DNA from: an uncultured Lentisphaerales bacterium
GTDB taxonomy: Bacteria; Verrucomicrobiota; Lentisphaeria; JABSQK01; UBA12247
NCBI GenBank assembly: GCA_943788985.1
Contig: CALSSJ010000043.1
Location: 1-64,000, forward strand
Length of the DNA: 64,000 nucleotides
Direction: 5' to 3'
The notes beneath the pieces were generated by a model, which searched no databases, was not told the origin of the DNA, and saw only the letters and a program-made list of their open reading frames with translations. Each line of letters begins with the position of its first letter. Position 1 is the stretch's first letter. Shown piece after piece: positions 42,123-51,870 of this stretch. A program made the translations under genes and the position numbers.

Positions 42123-42824
42123 TCAATCAGTCATCGTTCTGACGATCATGGCAAAGAAGCGATCAAGGCGTTCGAAGGCGTCCTTAGCCACATGCATTGG
42201 CAGATTGCAGGTGATGTATTCCCGGTATCTCCGCTTGGTCATCAAGCCGTGAATGGCGTTGCGCAAATAGGCCATCAGCATTGGGGGAATTTCCTCAAAG
42301 TCCTTCGGGAGATCGGTTCGAGCAGCAAGCGTCAGCACAATGTCTTCGAGGTCGTGACTGAATCGGGGATCGTCGGCGCCGCGATCATGAAAAGCTTCCA
42401 GCTTGGTGGTCAGAAAATAGGGATACCGAAAGATGCGGATGCTCAGTTCCGGTGGCAGGGCCATGGGGATAGCACTCTTCCAGCCATCGATGTACCAGCG
42501 ATTGGAAAAGCCAAGCACATCTTGCTCCATCGGCATCAGGTCAAGCATCAGGCCATGGCCCCGCCAACGGCAGATGGGGTCTTTCGGCTCCGTGCCATTC
42601 TGAAGCAAAGCTCCCGCATCGCCTCCTCTACCGGCCCCAGCTGCGTATACGAAACGACGTCAATCACACAGTCAATATCGTCGGTTGGGCGGGCATCATT
42701 CAGAAACGTGGCATTCTGAAAGTAGAGGGGAGCAAACGGCACCACCGACATAGGCCAGCCGCTCACTGAAGTCGCCCAACAACTCGGCTGCCCGGCAAAG
42801 GTCTTAAAATATGGGATGATTCAT
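42123..42824 (-). pseudogene. AbiEii-like nucleotidyltransferase (putative toxin), disrupted
   Basis: Reconstructed YVGGAV...RPTDDIDCV...PICRW...LDLMP...GFSNRWY...TKLEAF..RG....SHDLEDI; TAA at codon 7 and two frameshifts. Confidence 0.75.
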
Positions 42825-43319
42825 TTCAGGACCCGCTCAGTGAGTGCGTCCTCTGCCAACTGCATGGCCCGCGCCGACTCATTGAGGCGCAATACATCGA
42901 TCAATGTGAGTAGCTCGTAGAGATGAATATCCTCCCTCGCATCCCTTGATTGCTGCTTGGTGAATTGGCGCCCCCCCCTTTGTGCTCCCCGAATCGGTGG
43001 GCCAGACGCAAGGGATGTCGGCATTTCGTGTCAAGGTGCACATGGGAAAGGCGTGATAGGCGGTGACCATCCCGATGCCGGGTGTTCCTCGACTGCCTGG
43101 AAAGGCGTACTTCACCCCATGTACGAGGAATTCGAGCACGCTCTCGCTTTGCACCAGGTGGTGCTCACGGTCATAGAGCTTGGCAGCGGACGCACTGCGC
43201 AGCGCGCTATGGGCCTGAGCCAAACTGATACCCAAAGCTGCCGCCAAGGCCCGGTAGGTCCATTTTCCGGTGGGCCAAGTGTGGATTTGGAGAAGACAAA
43301 TAAGCTCGAGCGGGCGCAT
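42821..43319 (-). pseudogene. HTH protein (putative antitoxin partner), one frameshift near 42943
   Basis: WTYRALAAALGISLAQAH, EFLVHGVKYAFP, VWP, then LYELLTLIDVLR in the next frame; ATGA overlap with the downstream gene. Confidence 0.72.
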
Positions 43320-43630
43320 CGGCAGGGAATCCGGGGGCACTGTATGAAAAAGAAGGCAGGCCATTCGTTCACTATTTCAAGAACGCCCGTTCGGAAAAAC
43401 ACGAGCGCAGCTATTTAACCGCCACAAATCGCAATAGAGGCCTAGCTTGTCTGGTCATTAGCAACTACCTAAGGCGATGCTTTCGCACCTCCTGCGCGGA
43501 CACTTACCGCACGTTTCGCGGTGGACCGGGAGAGCTTTGACCTGAATCGCGACGGACTTCGCGATGGTTGGAAAGCGGGTCGGGATGCTGTAGGCCGCGC
43601 GGTCGCCGCGCACTTTGCTGAGAGACGGAC

Positions 43631-43713
<83 letters not shown>

Positions 43714-43834
43714 GTCCGAGGCAATACCTTAATCCGCGGCGCAGATTCTGTCCCACCAATTCTGCGAGCAATCGCTACAAAGTGAAAACCAACAGCCTCG
43801 CTTCCCAAGGCTGGCGTTGCCCCTGATTCTCCTG

Positions 43835-43976
43835 TAACCTAAACCTAAACTTAAACCTAAACCAGAACACAGCGACCAGACTTCCCTGCTGCAAGCGCGC
43901 ACACGCAGCCAGCAACCCACGACGGAGAAGATGCGGGCTCGTTCCTCCTCCTCCTTTAGGTTTAGGTTTTAGGGTT
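43835..43976. repeat. Inverted hexamer tandem arrays (TAAACC)n ... (TTTAGG)n
   Basis: TAACCTAAACCTAAACTTAAACCTAAACC at 43835-43863; TTTAGGTTTAGGTTTTAGGGTT at 43955-43976. Confidence 0.85.
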
Positions 43977-44074
43977 GGAACAGATCGAAAGTCTGAGTGT
44001 CGTAGTTGACTGCCCGTCGGGGACGGGTAGCGAGTGATGGGCTGCACAATTGCACGGCGAAGGATCGCGAATCA

Positions 44075-44953
44075 GTGATAGATACCACAGACATTATTAA
44101 GCGCGTGAGGCGGATCGAACTGCGTACCCGGCGAATTGTCGACGAACTGACCGGCGGCGCCTACCACAGCGTGTTCAAGGGCAAGGGCATGGAGTTCGAC
44201 GAAGTGCGCGAGTACTTTGACGGCGATGACGTGCGCGCGATCGATTGGAATGTCACGGCGCGGATGGGCCATCCATTCATCAAGAAGTTCGTCGAAGAAC
44301 GCGAACTCACGGTGATGCTGCTGGTGGATATGTCCGGCAGTGGTGATTTTGGCAGCGCCAGCCAGGCCAAGAACCAGCTGGCTGCAGAGTTGGCAGCCTT
44401 GCTGGCGTTCAGCGCGATCCGCAACAATGACCGCGTCGGCCTGCAACTCTTCACAGCCACCGACGAGCTCCATGTGCCAGCCCGCAAGGGTAAGGCACAC
44501 GTGCTGCGGCTGATTCGCGAGCTACTTGCATTCGAGCGCACAGAACGCGGCACCAATATCCGCGGAGCTCTGGAGAATCTGATGCGCGTGGCGAAACGCA
44601 AAGCGGTGGTCTTTGTGATCAGTGACTTTCTGGACGATGACTTCACGCATGCGCTGCGCATCGCCAGCAAGCGCCACGACGTGGTCGCAATGCGGGTCGT
44701 GGACGAGCGAGATCTCGCGCCGCTCCCCGCAGGCTTTCTGAATCTGGAAGATGCGGAAACCGGCGCGACCTCACTGTTCGCCTCCTGGCTTCCGGGATCG
44801 AGAGCCCGCTCCCGCGAGGCGATGCAGGGGCGGCTCGATAAAACGGCCGAGGGAATTCGCCGCTCCGGCGTGGACTTGATCGATATTGTCAACGGGCAGG
44901 ACTACGTGAAGCCGTTGATGGCATTTTTTCGGGCGCGCGAGCGTAGGCGATAG
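44075..44953 (+). CDS. DUF58 (MoxR-associated, vWA-like) protein
   Basis: GMEFDEVREY..GDDVRAIDWNVTAR, EEREL, DMSGS, ISDFL. Confidence 0.93.
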   Translation: MIDTTDIIKRVRRIELRTRRIVDELTGGAYHSVFKGKGMEFDEVREYFDGDDVRAIDWNVTARMGHPFIKKFVEERELTVMLLVDMSGSGDFGSASQAKNQLAAELAALLAFSAIRNNDRVGLQLFTATDELHVPARKGKAHVLRLIRELLAFERTERGTNIRGALENLMRVAKRKAVVFVISDFLDDDFTHALRIASKRHDVVAMRVVDERDLAPLPAGFLNLEDAETGATSLFASWLPGSRARSREAMQGRLDKTAEGIRRSGVDLIDIVNGQDYVKPLMAFFRARERRR

Positions 44954-44997
44954 GGGTATAGTCAAGCACCAATTTCCTGATCCCACTCCGCTATTCT

Positions 44998-45468
44998 ATG
45001 ACAATCTGGGTCGACGCCGACGCCTGCCCTGGCGCCATCAAAGAGATTTTATTTCGCTCCGCCAAACGCACGGGTCTGCCGTTGACCTTGATCGCGAATC
45101 GGACGGTTCGCGCGCCAGTTGCGGATAACATTGATTCAGTGGTCGTCGCTGCGGGGCTGGATGTGGCTGATGACGAGATTGTCGACCGGCTTGCCGACGG
45201 TGACTTGGTCATCACGAGCGATATTCCGCTCGCTGCAGAGGCGATTGAGAAGGGCGCGCTGGCGCTGAGCCCGCGGGGCAGGCTGCACACCACCGAAAAT
45301 ATTAAGGCGCGGCTGACCATGCGAGACTTCATGGAAACGCTACGCGCCAGCGGGATTCAGTCCGGGGGCCCCCCACCAATGTCCACCAACGATTCTGCGG
45401 AGTTCGCAAACCAGCTGGATCGGCTTGTGACCAAGCACCTGCGGAAGCGAGATCGTAAGCGTGACTGA
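44998..45468 (+). CDS. YaiI/YqxD (UPF0178) family protein
   Basis: [27 protein letters not shown]. Confidence 0.93.
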   Translation: MTIWVDADACPGAIKEILFRSAKRTGLPLTLIANRTVRAPVADNIDSVVVAAGLDVADDEIVDRLADGDLVITSDIPLAAEAIEKGALALSPRGRLHTTENIKARLTMRDFMETLRASGIQSGGPPPMSTNDSAEFANQLDRLVTKHLRKRDRKRD

Positions 45469-48400
45469 CTGGCTAGAGGCCGACTCTCCCGAGCGGATCG
45501 ACCTGTCTTCCCACGCCATTGTCGAGGCATCCGCCGGCACCGGAAAGACCTACACGCTCGAACATCTCGTCCTGCAATTACTCGAACAGGCCGAGACCAC
45601 GCTCGAACAGATCCTAGTGGTGACGTTTACTGACAAGGCGACCGGCGAGCTGAAGCAGCGGATTCGCGCTTTGATCGTCGAGCGCTTGGCGGACAATCCT
45701 CAGCATATCGCCCTACGCGAGGCACTTGCCTCGTTCGATCGTGCGCAGATCATGACGATTCATGGCTTCTGTAAACAGATTCTTTTTCAGCATGCTTTCG
45801 AGAACCGGCTGCCGCTAGAATCCGAGATCAGCAACCAGAAGGCGATCGCCGAGCGATTGTTTGCCCAACATCTGCGCACGGTTTGGGCAAACGAATATCT
45901 GCCGGGCCTGCCGACCGATGCCCAATTACAGATTCTTGAGCAAGAGTTCTTCCGCAGGCCTATTCTTGAGTTGACCGAAAAACTGCGCCCTGAGAACCGG
46001 CTGCTTCCCCAAGTGCCGGATCTGGATGAACGATGCGATGTGTTGGATCGGATTCTCGGTTCGCTTTCAGAGATTCTTGGGCCGGTGGCAGAACCAGTGG
46101 AACTGACGCAATTCTACCAGCAATACAGCAAGCTCGACTTTTCTCGTACGGAACAAAAAGGGGGTTTGCGATCTGCAGACGTGCTGTCTAAGCTGATCCG
46201 CCCGCTGCTTTCGTGCCTGCGAGAGTACGAGCTGGTCGGCACAACCAACGAGGAGGTGCTCGCTCGCCTGAACACTTGGTACGGGCAGATCAGTTACAAG
46301 CGCTTCCTGGACGAGGGATTCGACTTGCTGGTGCCGCCTAGGTATCAGCCAGAAGGCCTGGGCGATGCCTGCCCGGCGTTCGCTCCGGCTCTCCCGCTGC
46401 TAAAGCGCTTAGGCTTGGAGCTGCAACCCCTGCGGGCAATGCGCGCCCAGCCGGGTCTGACACTGGCGGTGCGTGAGATCCAGGCGCTTCGGCAAGAGCT
46501 GGCCGAATACAAGAACGCGCGCGGCCTTATCTCCTATGACGACATGCTCACGTCGCTTTCGACAGCCCTCAACCCGGCCAAAAATGACCAAGCCGATGCC
46601 TTGGTCCGGGTGCTACGTCAACGCTACCGGATTGCTTTCGTGGACGAGTTTCAGGACACGGACGAAACGCAGTGGGAGATCTTCGCCCGGCTTTTTGCGG
46701 AGTCCGCAGATGGCCACCGCCTCTGTTTAATCGGGGACCCAAAGCAGGCGATCTACGGCTTTCGCGGGGCGGATATCGCGACCTATCGCCGGGCAGTCAC
46801 GCGCTTACATAAGGACTTTGGCGCGCCGCATTATGTGCTGCCCACCAACTGGCGGTCGGATGCGGCGTTAATCGATGCCTACAATCTAATTTTTTGCGAT
46901 AAGGCTTGGTTCGGGGAGAGCTATATCCCGGTTCGAGCTGCGCCTGCAGAGCTGGCCCGCAGAAAGCTGGTTCAGGATGACACGGGGCGCGAAGCGGTCA
47001 CGGTGATCGATCTCAGCGAAGAGGACCGCACAGCCGCGGAGGCGATGCGGCTGCAGGCTGACTTTATCGCAGCGGAGATTCAGGCGTTGCTCTCAGACCG
47101 AGGTCTGACGTACAGCGACGGCGACTCCGAGCGAACGTTGGCGGCAAATGATATCGCGGTTCTGGTCCGCACGGCCCGCGAGGCGCGAGACCTCGAGGCG
47201 GCCTTCCGTAGAACTGGCGTGCCGTTTGCGTACTACAAGAAAGGCGGGCTTTACAAGACCGACGAAGCGTATCACCTGCATCTGATGTTGACGGCAGTTC
47301 ACCGCTGTTATGATGACGGTGCCTTACGCCGCGCATTGCTCTCGCCCTTCTTCGGCATTCCGGTCGATGCCCTTTGGCGCACCGAGTTGCTGACTTCGCA
47401 ACACACGCTGCGCGCCTTGTTCACCCGCTGGCAGGAGTGGGCGAGAGCACGCAACTGGAGTCTGCTGTTTCACTCGCTGCTCTACGACACGGGGCTGCTT
47501 CAGCGACTCGCAGCTGAGCCACACGGCGAGCGGGCGGGGACCAACTACCAGCACATCCTGCAGGAGCTGCATGAGATTGCCATCCAGCGCGGCTTCGAGC
47601 TTCCTGACGTGGCGAACCACCTGCACAACTGCATCAGCGGGACCATCGAACTGCGTGACGAAGCAGAGATCCAGCGGCTGGACAGTGAGCGCACGAACGT
47701 GCAGATCATGACCATGCACGTGTCTAAAGGCCTGGAGTTTCCTGTTGTTTTCGTAGCTGGCGGCTTCAGCCCATCGTTCTATGCGCGGTATTGGAAAGTC
47801 CGGAAAGACGGAGTGATTACCTACGATTTGACCAAAGATCTGCAGCTCGCGATGGCTCACAAGCGTGAAGAGGACGAGGAGTACAAGCGGCTATTCTATG
47901 TCGCCTTAACGCGGGCGGTGCACAAGCTCTATGTGCCGTTCTATACCTGCCCGCCAGGAGGAAGGGAGTCGGCCATATCCAGCTTTGTCTGCCAGGCAAT
48001 CCGGAAGAACTGGCTACAGGATTGCCCGACCGTATCGCGCGTGTCGGTAACGGCACTGCGGGTACCAGCTGCCAGCGCTGACGCCCCGAAAACGCCCATG
48101 CCCGCGAGCAAAGACTTCATCCCCCTCCCCGCCCCCCCCGCGGCCTACGACTACTCTGCTCGTTCCAAACGAGTCCTTTCCTTTTCCAGCCTGCACCAGC
48201 ATGACGCGGCCTCCGATCAACAGCCTGATGCTCGCGCCGCGGACGAACCCGTGCACAGGGAGCCAAGCGCCGATAAAGCCTTGCCGCCAGGCACGGCCAC
48301 CGGCTCGATGCTGCATGGCATCTTCGAGTTTGCAGACTGGCGAATCGTTCGTGAGGCGCACTCCGCAACTGCCCTGGAGGCAACCAGCGTTGCGGAAATC

Positions 48401-48952
48401 GCAAACGACTGCATTGACGAGTTTAACGTGCTGGCAGAAACTGACCAACCGCGCAGCGTGGTCCGCGCAGCAGCCTTGGATCTAGTCTATCGCAACCTAC
48501 GTGCCCAGTTGCCTGGGGACATTGTCCTGACGGACCTCCCGGAGAAGGACAAGATTGCCGAGATGAGCTTTCTGTTTCCGCACGTGGACGGCGGCAGAAA
48601 TGCCTTGAAGGGATTTGTCGACCTGCTGTTTCGCGTAGACGGGCGCTATTTCATTCTGGATTGGAAGTCGAACTGGCTCGAGCGCTACGACCAACCGGCG
48701 GTCGCTCAGGCGATGTCTGCGGCGGGCTATCACCTCCAGTACAAGCTCTATACCTGCGCCTTGGCTCGCTGGCTCTGCCCCCACAGTGACGCAGAGTTCC
48801 TGCAACAATTCGGCGGCGCCTACTACCTGTTTTTGCGCGGCGTAGATGCGCCAGGCGGCGGCGTCTTCTTCCGCAGGCCCGCGGGCACCGCCGAGCTACA
48901 GGAATGGCGCGACGATGTGGACAGCGCGATCGCCACTCGCATGCAACGCTGA
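45461..48952 (+). CDS. recB: RecB-like UvrD helicase with PD-(D/E)XK nuclease
   Basis: [64 protein letters not shown]...LDWKSN. Confidence 0.92.
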   Translation: MTDWLEADSPERIDLSSHAIVEASAGTGKTYTLEHLVLQLLEQAETTLEQILVVTFTDKATGELKQRIRALIVERLADNPQHIALREALASFDRAQIMTIHGFCKQILFQHAFENRLPLESEISNQKAIAERLFAQHLRTVWANEYLPGLPTDAQLQILEQEFFRRPILELTEKLRPENRLLPQVPDLDERCDVLDRILGSLSEILGPVAEPVELTQFYQQYSKLDFSRTEQKGGLRSADVLSKLIRPLLSCLREYELVGTTNEEVLARLNTWYGQISYKRFLDEGFDLLVPPRYQPEGLGDACPAFAPALPLLKRLGLELQPLRAMRAQPGLTLAVREIQALRQELAEYKNARGLISYDDMLTSLSTALNPAKNDQADALVRVLRQRYRIAFVDEFQDTDETQWEIFARLFAESADGHRLCLIGDPKQAIYGFRGADIATYRRAVTRLHKDFGAPHYVLPTNWRSDAALIDAYNLIFCDKAWFGESYIPVRAAPAELARRKLVQDDTGREAVTVIDLSEEDRTAAEAMRLQADFIAAEIQALLSDRGLTYSDGDSERTLAANDIAVLVRTAREARDLEAAFRRTGVPFAYYKKGGLYKTDEAYHLHLMLTAVHRCYDDGALRRALLSPFFGIPVDALWRTELLTSQHTLRALFTRWQEWARARNWSLLFHSLLYDTGLLQRLAAEPHGERAGTNYQHILQELHEIAIQRGFELPDVANHLHNCISGTIELRDEAEIQRLDSERTNVQIMTMHVSKGLEFPVVFVAGGFSPSFYARYWKVRKDGVITYDLTKDLQLAMAHKREEDEEYKRLFYVALTRAVHKLYVPFYTCPPGGRESAISSFVCQAIRKNWLQDCPTVSRVSVTALRVPAASADAPKTPMPASKDFIPLPAPPAAYDYSARSKRVLSFSSLHQHDAASDQQPDARAADEPVHREPSADKALPPGTATGSMLHGIFEFADWRIVREAHSATALEATSVAEIANDCIDEFNVLAETDQPRSVVRAAALDLVYRNLRAQLPGDIVLTDLPEKDKIAEMSFLFPHVDGGRNALKGFVDLLFRVDGRYFILDWKSNWLERYDQPAVAQAMSAAGYHLQYKLYTCALARWLCPHSDAEFLQQFGGAYYLFLRGVDAPGGGVFFRRPAGTAELQEWRDDVDSAIATRMQR

Positions 48953-49047
48953 TTTTTGGACGAAATCCGTGGGGTGATTGCTTGCATACACAGCGTATCG
49001 AGCTACTGAATTAGCATTGGATAATCATTTAAAAACGAGAGAGTTTC

Positions 49048-49425
49048 ATGAAGAAATTTGCGCCCAGCCATGAGTGGATCGAGGTCAAAGACGGTAGCGG
49101 TGTGATCGGCATTTCCGCGCATGCTGCGAAGGAACTCGGGGATGTGACATACGTGGAATTGCCGGACGCTGGTGCCACGCTGCAGGTAGGGGATACCCTG
49201 GGCAGTGTGGAATCAGTGAAGGCCGCCTCGGACATCTACGCACCAGTCGGATGCACCGTGGACGAGGTAAACTCACCGCTCGAGGACGAGCCGGAGCTGC
49301 TCAACGAGTCACCGCAAGATCGTGGTTGGCTCTGCAAGGTATCAAACATACGGGAGCAAGATCTGGATAGTCTGATGACTGAGGATGCCTATAAGGCGTT
49401 CCTGGGGTCCGACGGCGCCGGCTGA
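49048..49425 (+). CDS. gcvH: Glycine cleavage system H protein
   Basis: HEWI, LGDVTYVELP, VESVKAASDIYAP (lipoyl Lys), N..P...GW. Confidence 0.96.
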   Translation: MKKFAPSHEWIEVKDGSGVIGISAHAAKELGDVTYVELPDAGATLQVGDTLGSVESVKAASDIYAPVGCTVDEVNSPLEDEPELLNESPQDRGWLCKVSNIREQDLDSLMTEDAYKAFLGSDGAG

Positions 49426-49432
49426 CTCCCGG

Positions 49433-51151
49433 ATGCCTGACAGAAAAGCTCTGCAGTGGAACATAGCCCGGCCTGACGACGACGCGATTCACGCCATCAT
49501 GCGTGAGTTTAAAGTGACGCGCCCCACCGCACTGGTGCTTGCGAATCGCGACGTGCCGAACGAGGCGATCCCGTCGTTTCTGAACCCACGACTCCAAGAT
49601 CTTAGCGACCCCTATTTGCTCCCCGGCGCGCGAACTGCCGCAGCCAGAATTTGGCAGGCAGTGCAGCGCAACGAGCCTATTCTCGTGCACGGCGACTACG
49701 ACGTGGATGGCATTACCAGCACCGCCCTGCTGGTCTCCGTTTTGCGGGCGGTCGGTGCTGGCGTAGATTCCTTTTTGCCGCATCGTTTGGAAGATGGCTA
49801 TGGCCTGACCGCCGCCTCGCTGGAGAAGTCCGTCAAGGAGCACCAGCTGATCATCACGGTAGATTGTGGTATCACAAGCTTCGAAGCTGCGAACTACGCG
49901 AAACAGCGCGATGTGGACCTGATCATCACGGATCATCACCAGCCTGCCGGTGAGCTGCCCGAGGCGGTCGCGGTCTGCAATCCCAAGATTGTCGCGGACA
50001 AGCCGGAAGCAGCGCACTTGCAGTGCCTGGCCGGCGTTGGCGTGGCCTTCAAGATCGCGCATGCACTGCTGAAATACGGTCGCGACGAGCAACTCGGCGG
50101 CGAAACCGTAGACCTGCGTAACTACTTGGATCTTGTCGCCCTGGGGACAATCGCGGACATGGTCCCGCTATGGGGCGAGAATCGCTGTCTGGTACGCTAT
50201 GGCATGCATATCATGTCCCAGCAGGGCCGCCCCGGCATCCGCGCTCTGTGCGACCATGCCAAGCTGAGCGAGACGGTTCGCGCGCAGGACGTAGCCTTCC
50301 GGCTCGCCCCACGCATCAACGCCGCTGGCCGCCTAGCAGACCCGAACTGTGCACTGAAGCTGCTACTTACAGAAAGCTACGGCGAAGCCATGGCGCTAGC
50401 CGCCGATTTGGATGCCTTAAACACCGAGAGACAGCGCGTCGAACGCGCGAGCTATCTGGCGGCCGAGGCCCAAATCGAGAAATTACAGTTGGAGAACTCA
50501 CCAGCAATGGTGGTAGCAGGTGAGAACTGGGTGCGTGGCGTGGTCGGGATCGTTGCCTCCCGTATCGTCCAGGCCTACGATAAACCTGCAATTGCACTGG
50601 CGATCGAGGATGGGATCGCACATGGCTCCGCACGCAGTGTCCCCGGCGTGGATCTGGTCGCCGCGCTGCGTGAGTGCGATTCGCTGCTGTCGCGCTATGG
50701 CGGGCATCCGATGGCCGCTGGCCTAAAGTTGGACGTCGCGAATCTGGACGCCTTTCGCGAGAAGTTTTCCCTCGCCGTCCAAGGGGAAACCAAAGGGGAG
50801 CCATACCAGCCCACGCTGGACTGCGACGGGGAAACAACCTTCCGGGAACTCAGCAGCCGATTTTTTGCGGAGCTTGATGAGCTCCGGCCGTTCGGTCATA
50901 GCAATCGCCCCCCAACCTTCTGCTTCGAGGGCGTCTCCCCCCGCTATGTCAAGAGTCTCGGCGAGCACCACACCCGCGGCCAGCTGTTTCATTGCGGGTA
51001 CGGGATGCCGTTTATCGCCTTCAATCGTACGCCGGAAGAGTTTTCAAAAGATGGCCTGTCGGTGGCAGCTGTCCCACAGCTCTGGCGCCAACATGATCAG
51101 GACGTCCAGCAACTCGAAATTCTCGATGTACGCACGGAAGCTCTCCGATGA
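49433..51151 (+). CDS. recJ: Single-stranded-DNA exonuclease
   Basis: GDYDVDG, DGYG, TVDCG, TDHH, APRINAAGR, GSARS, GGHPMAAG. Confidence 0.96.
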   Translation: MPDRKALQWNIARPDDDAIHAIMREFKVTRPTALVLANRDVPNEAIPSFLNPRLQDLSDPYLLPGARTAAARIWQAVQRNEPILVHGDYDVDGITSTALLVSVLRAVGAGVDSFLPHRLEDGYGLTAASLEKSVKEHQLIITVDCGITSFEAANYAKQRDVDLIITDHHQPAGELPEAVAVCNPKIVADKPEAAHLQCLAGVGVAFKIAHALLKYGRDEQLGGETVDLRNYLDLVALGTIADMVPLWGENRCLVRYGMHIMSQQGRPGIRALCDHAKLSETVRAQDVAFRLAPRINAAGRLADPNCALKLLLTESYGEAMALAADLDALNTERQRVERASYLAAEAQIEKLQLENSPAMVVAGENWVRGVVGIVASRIVQAYDKPAIALAIEDGIAHGSARSVPGVDLVAALRECDSLLSRYGGHPMAAGLKLDVANLDAFREKFSLAVQGETKGEPYQPTLDCDGETTFRELSSRFFAELDELRPFGHSNRPPTFCFEGVSPRYVKSLGEHHTRGQLFHCGYGMPFIAFNRTPEEFSKDGLSVAAVPQLWRQHDQDVQQLEILDVRTEALR

Positions 51152-51870
51152 ATTGGCACAACCTGCAACGGACCATCGGCTACCTTTTTTCTGACGTCAG
51201 CCAGCTCGAGAATGCGCTGACCCATCCATCCTATGCGGCAGAAACTGCCGTGGATACGGAACACTATGAACGTCTGGAGTTTCTCGGCGATGCCGTGCTG
51301 CAGATCGTGATCACCGATCTGATCTTCTTAGCCTATCCGGCCGCGCCAGAAGGACAGATGACAAAAATGCGATCCTTGCTGACGCGAGAGAGCACCCTGG
51401 CCGAGTTCGGGCGAAGCCTGGATCTAGGCAATCACCTGCGGCTGGGGAAGGGCGAAGCGGCCACCGGCGGTAAAAACCGCGAGTCGCTGCTTTGCGATTC
51501 CTTCGAAGCGCTCCTCGGGGCCATGTATCTCGACGCAGACAGCGACCTTGAGCCCGTCCGCGAGCTGATGCTCGAGTTACTTGGCGACTCGCTGATGGAT
51601 CTCGAGTCCAAGCTCGCGCAGGCCAACCCGAAGGGCGCGCTGCAAGAGCTCACGCAGATGCTGTTCGGCAAGCACCCATTCTACGAGACCATTGGCGTCG
51701 AGGGCCCAGATCATGAGCGCATCTTTACAGTCCAAGTGCTGATAGACAAGATGGTGTATGGCGAAGGCTCTGGCAAGAAGCGGCAACTGGCCGAAGAGCA
51801 GGCGGCACTAGCCGCAATCAATTATCTTGAAACTGACCACGGGAAAGAACATAACGATGAGACCCCATAG
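51148..51870 (+). CDS. rnc: Ribonuclease III
   Basis: ALTHPS, ERLEFLGDAVL, DSFEALLGA, dsRBD NPKGALQE...GPDH...AEEQAA. Confidence 0.97.
   Translation: MNWHNLQRTIGYLFSDVSQLENALTHPSYAAETAVDTEHYERLEFLGDAVLQIVITDLIFLAYPAAPEGQMTKMRSLLTRESTLAEFGRSLDLGNHLRLGKGEAATGGKNRESLLCDSFEALLGAMYLDADSDLEPVRELMLELLGDSLMDLESKLAQANPKGALQELTQMLFGKHPFYETIGVEGPDHERIFTVQVLIDKMVYGEGSGKKRQLAEEQAALAAINYLETDHGKEHNDETP

Noticed and set aside
43835..43976. CRISPR array or true telomere
   Set aside because: These are hexamer tandems without spacers, internal to the chromosome, with no cas genes.
48953..49047. Glycine riboswitch upstream of gcvH
   Set aside because: The spacer is short and has no GGAGA...CCGAAG...CTCTCAGG motif.
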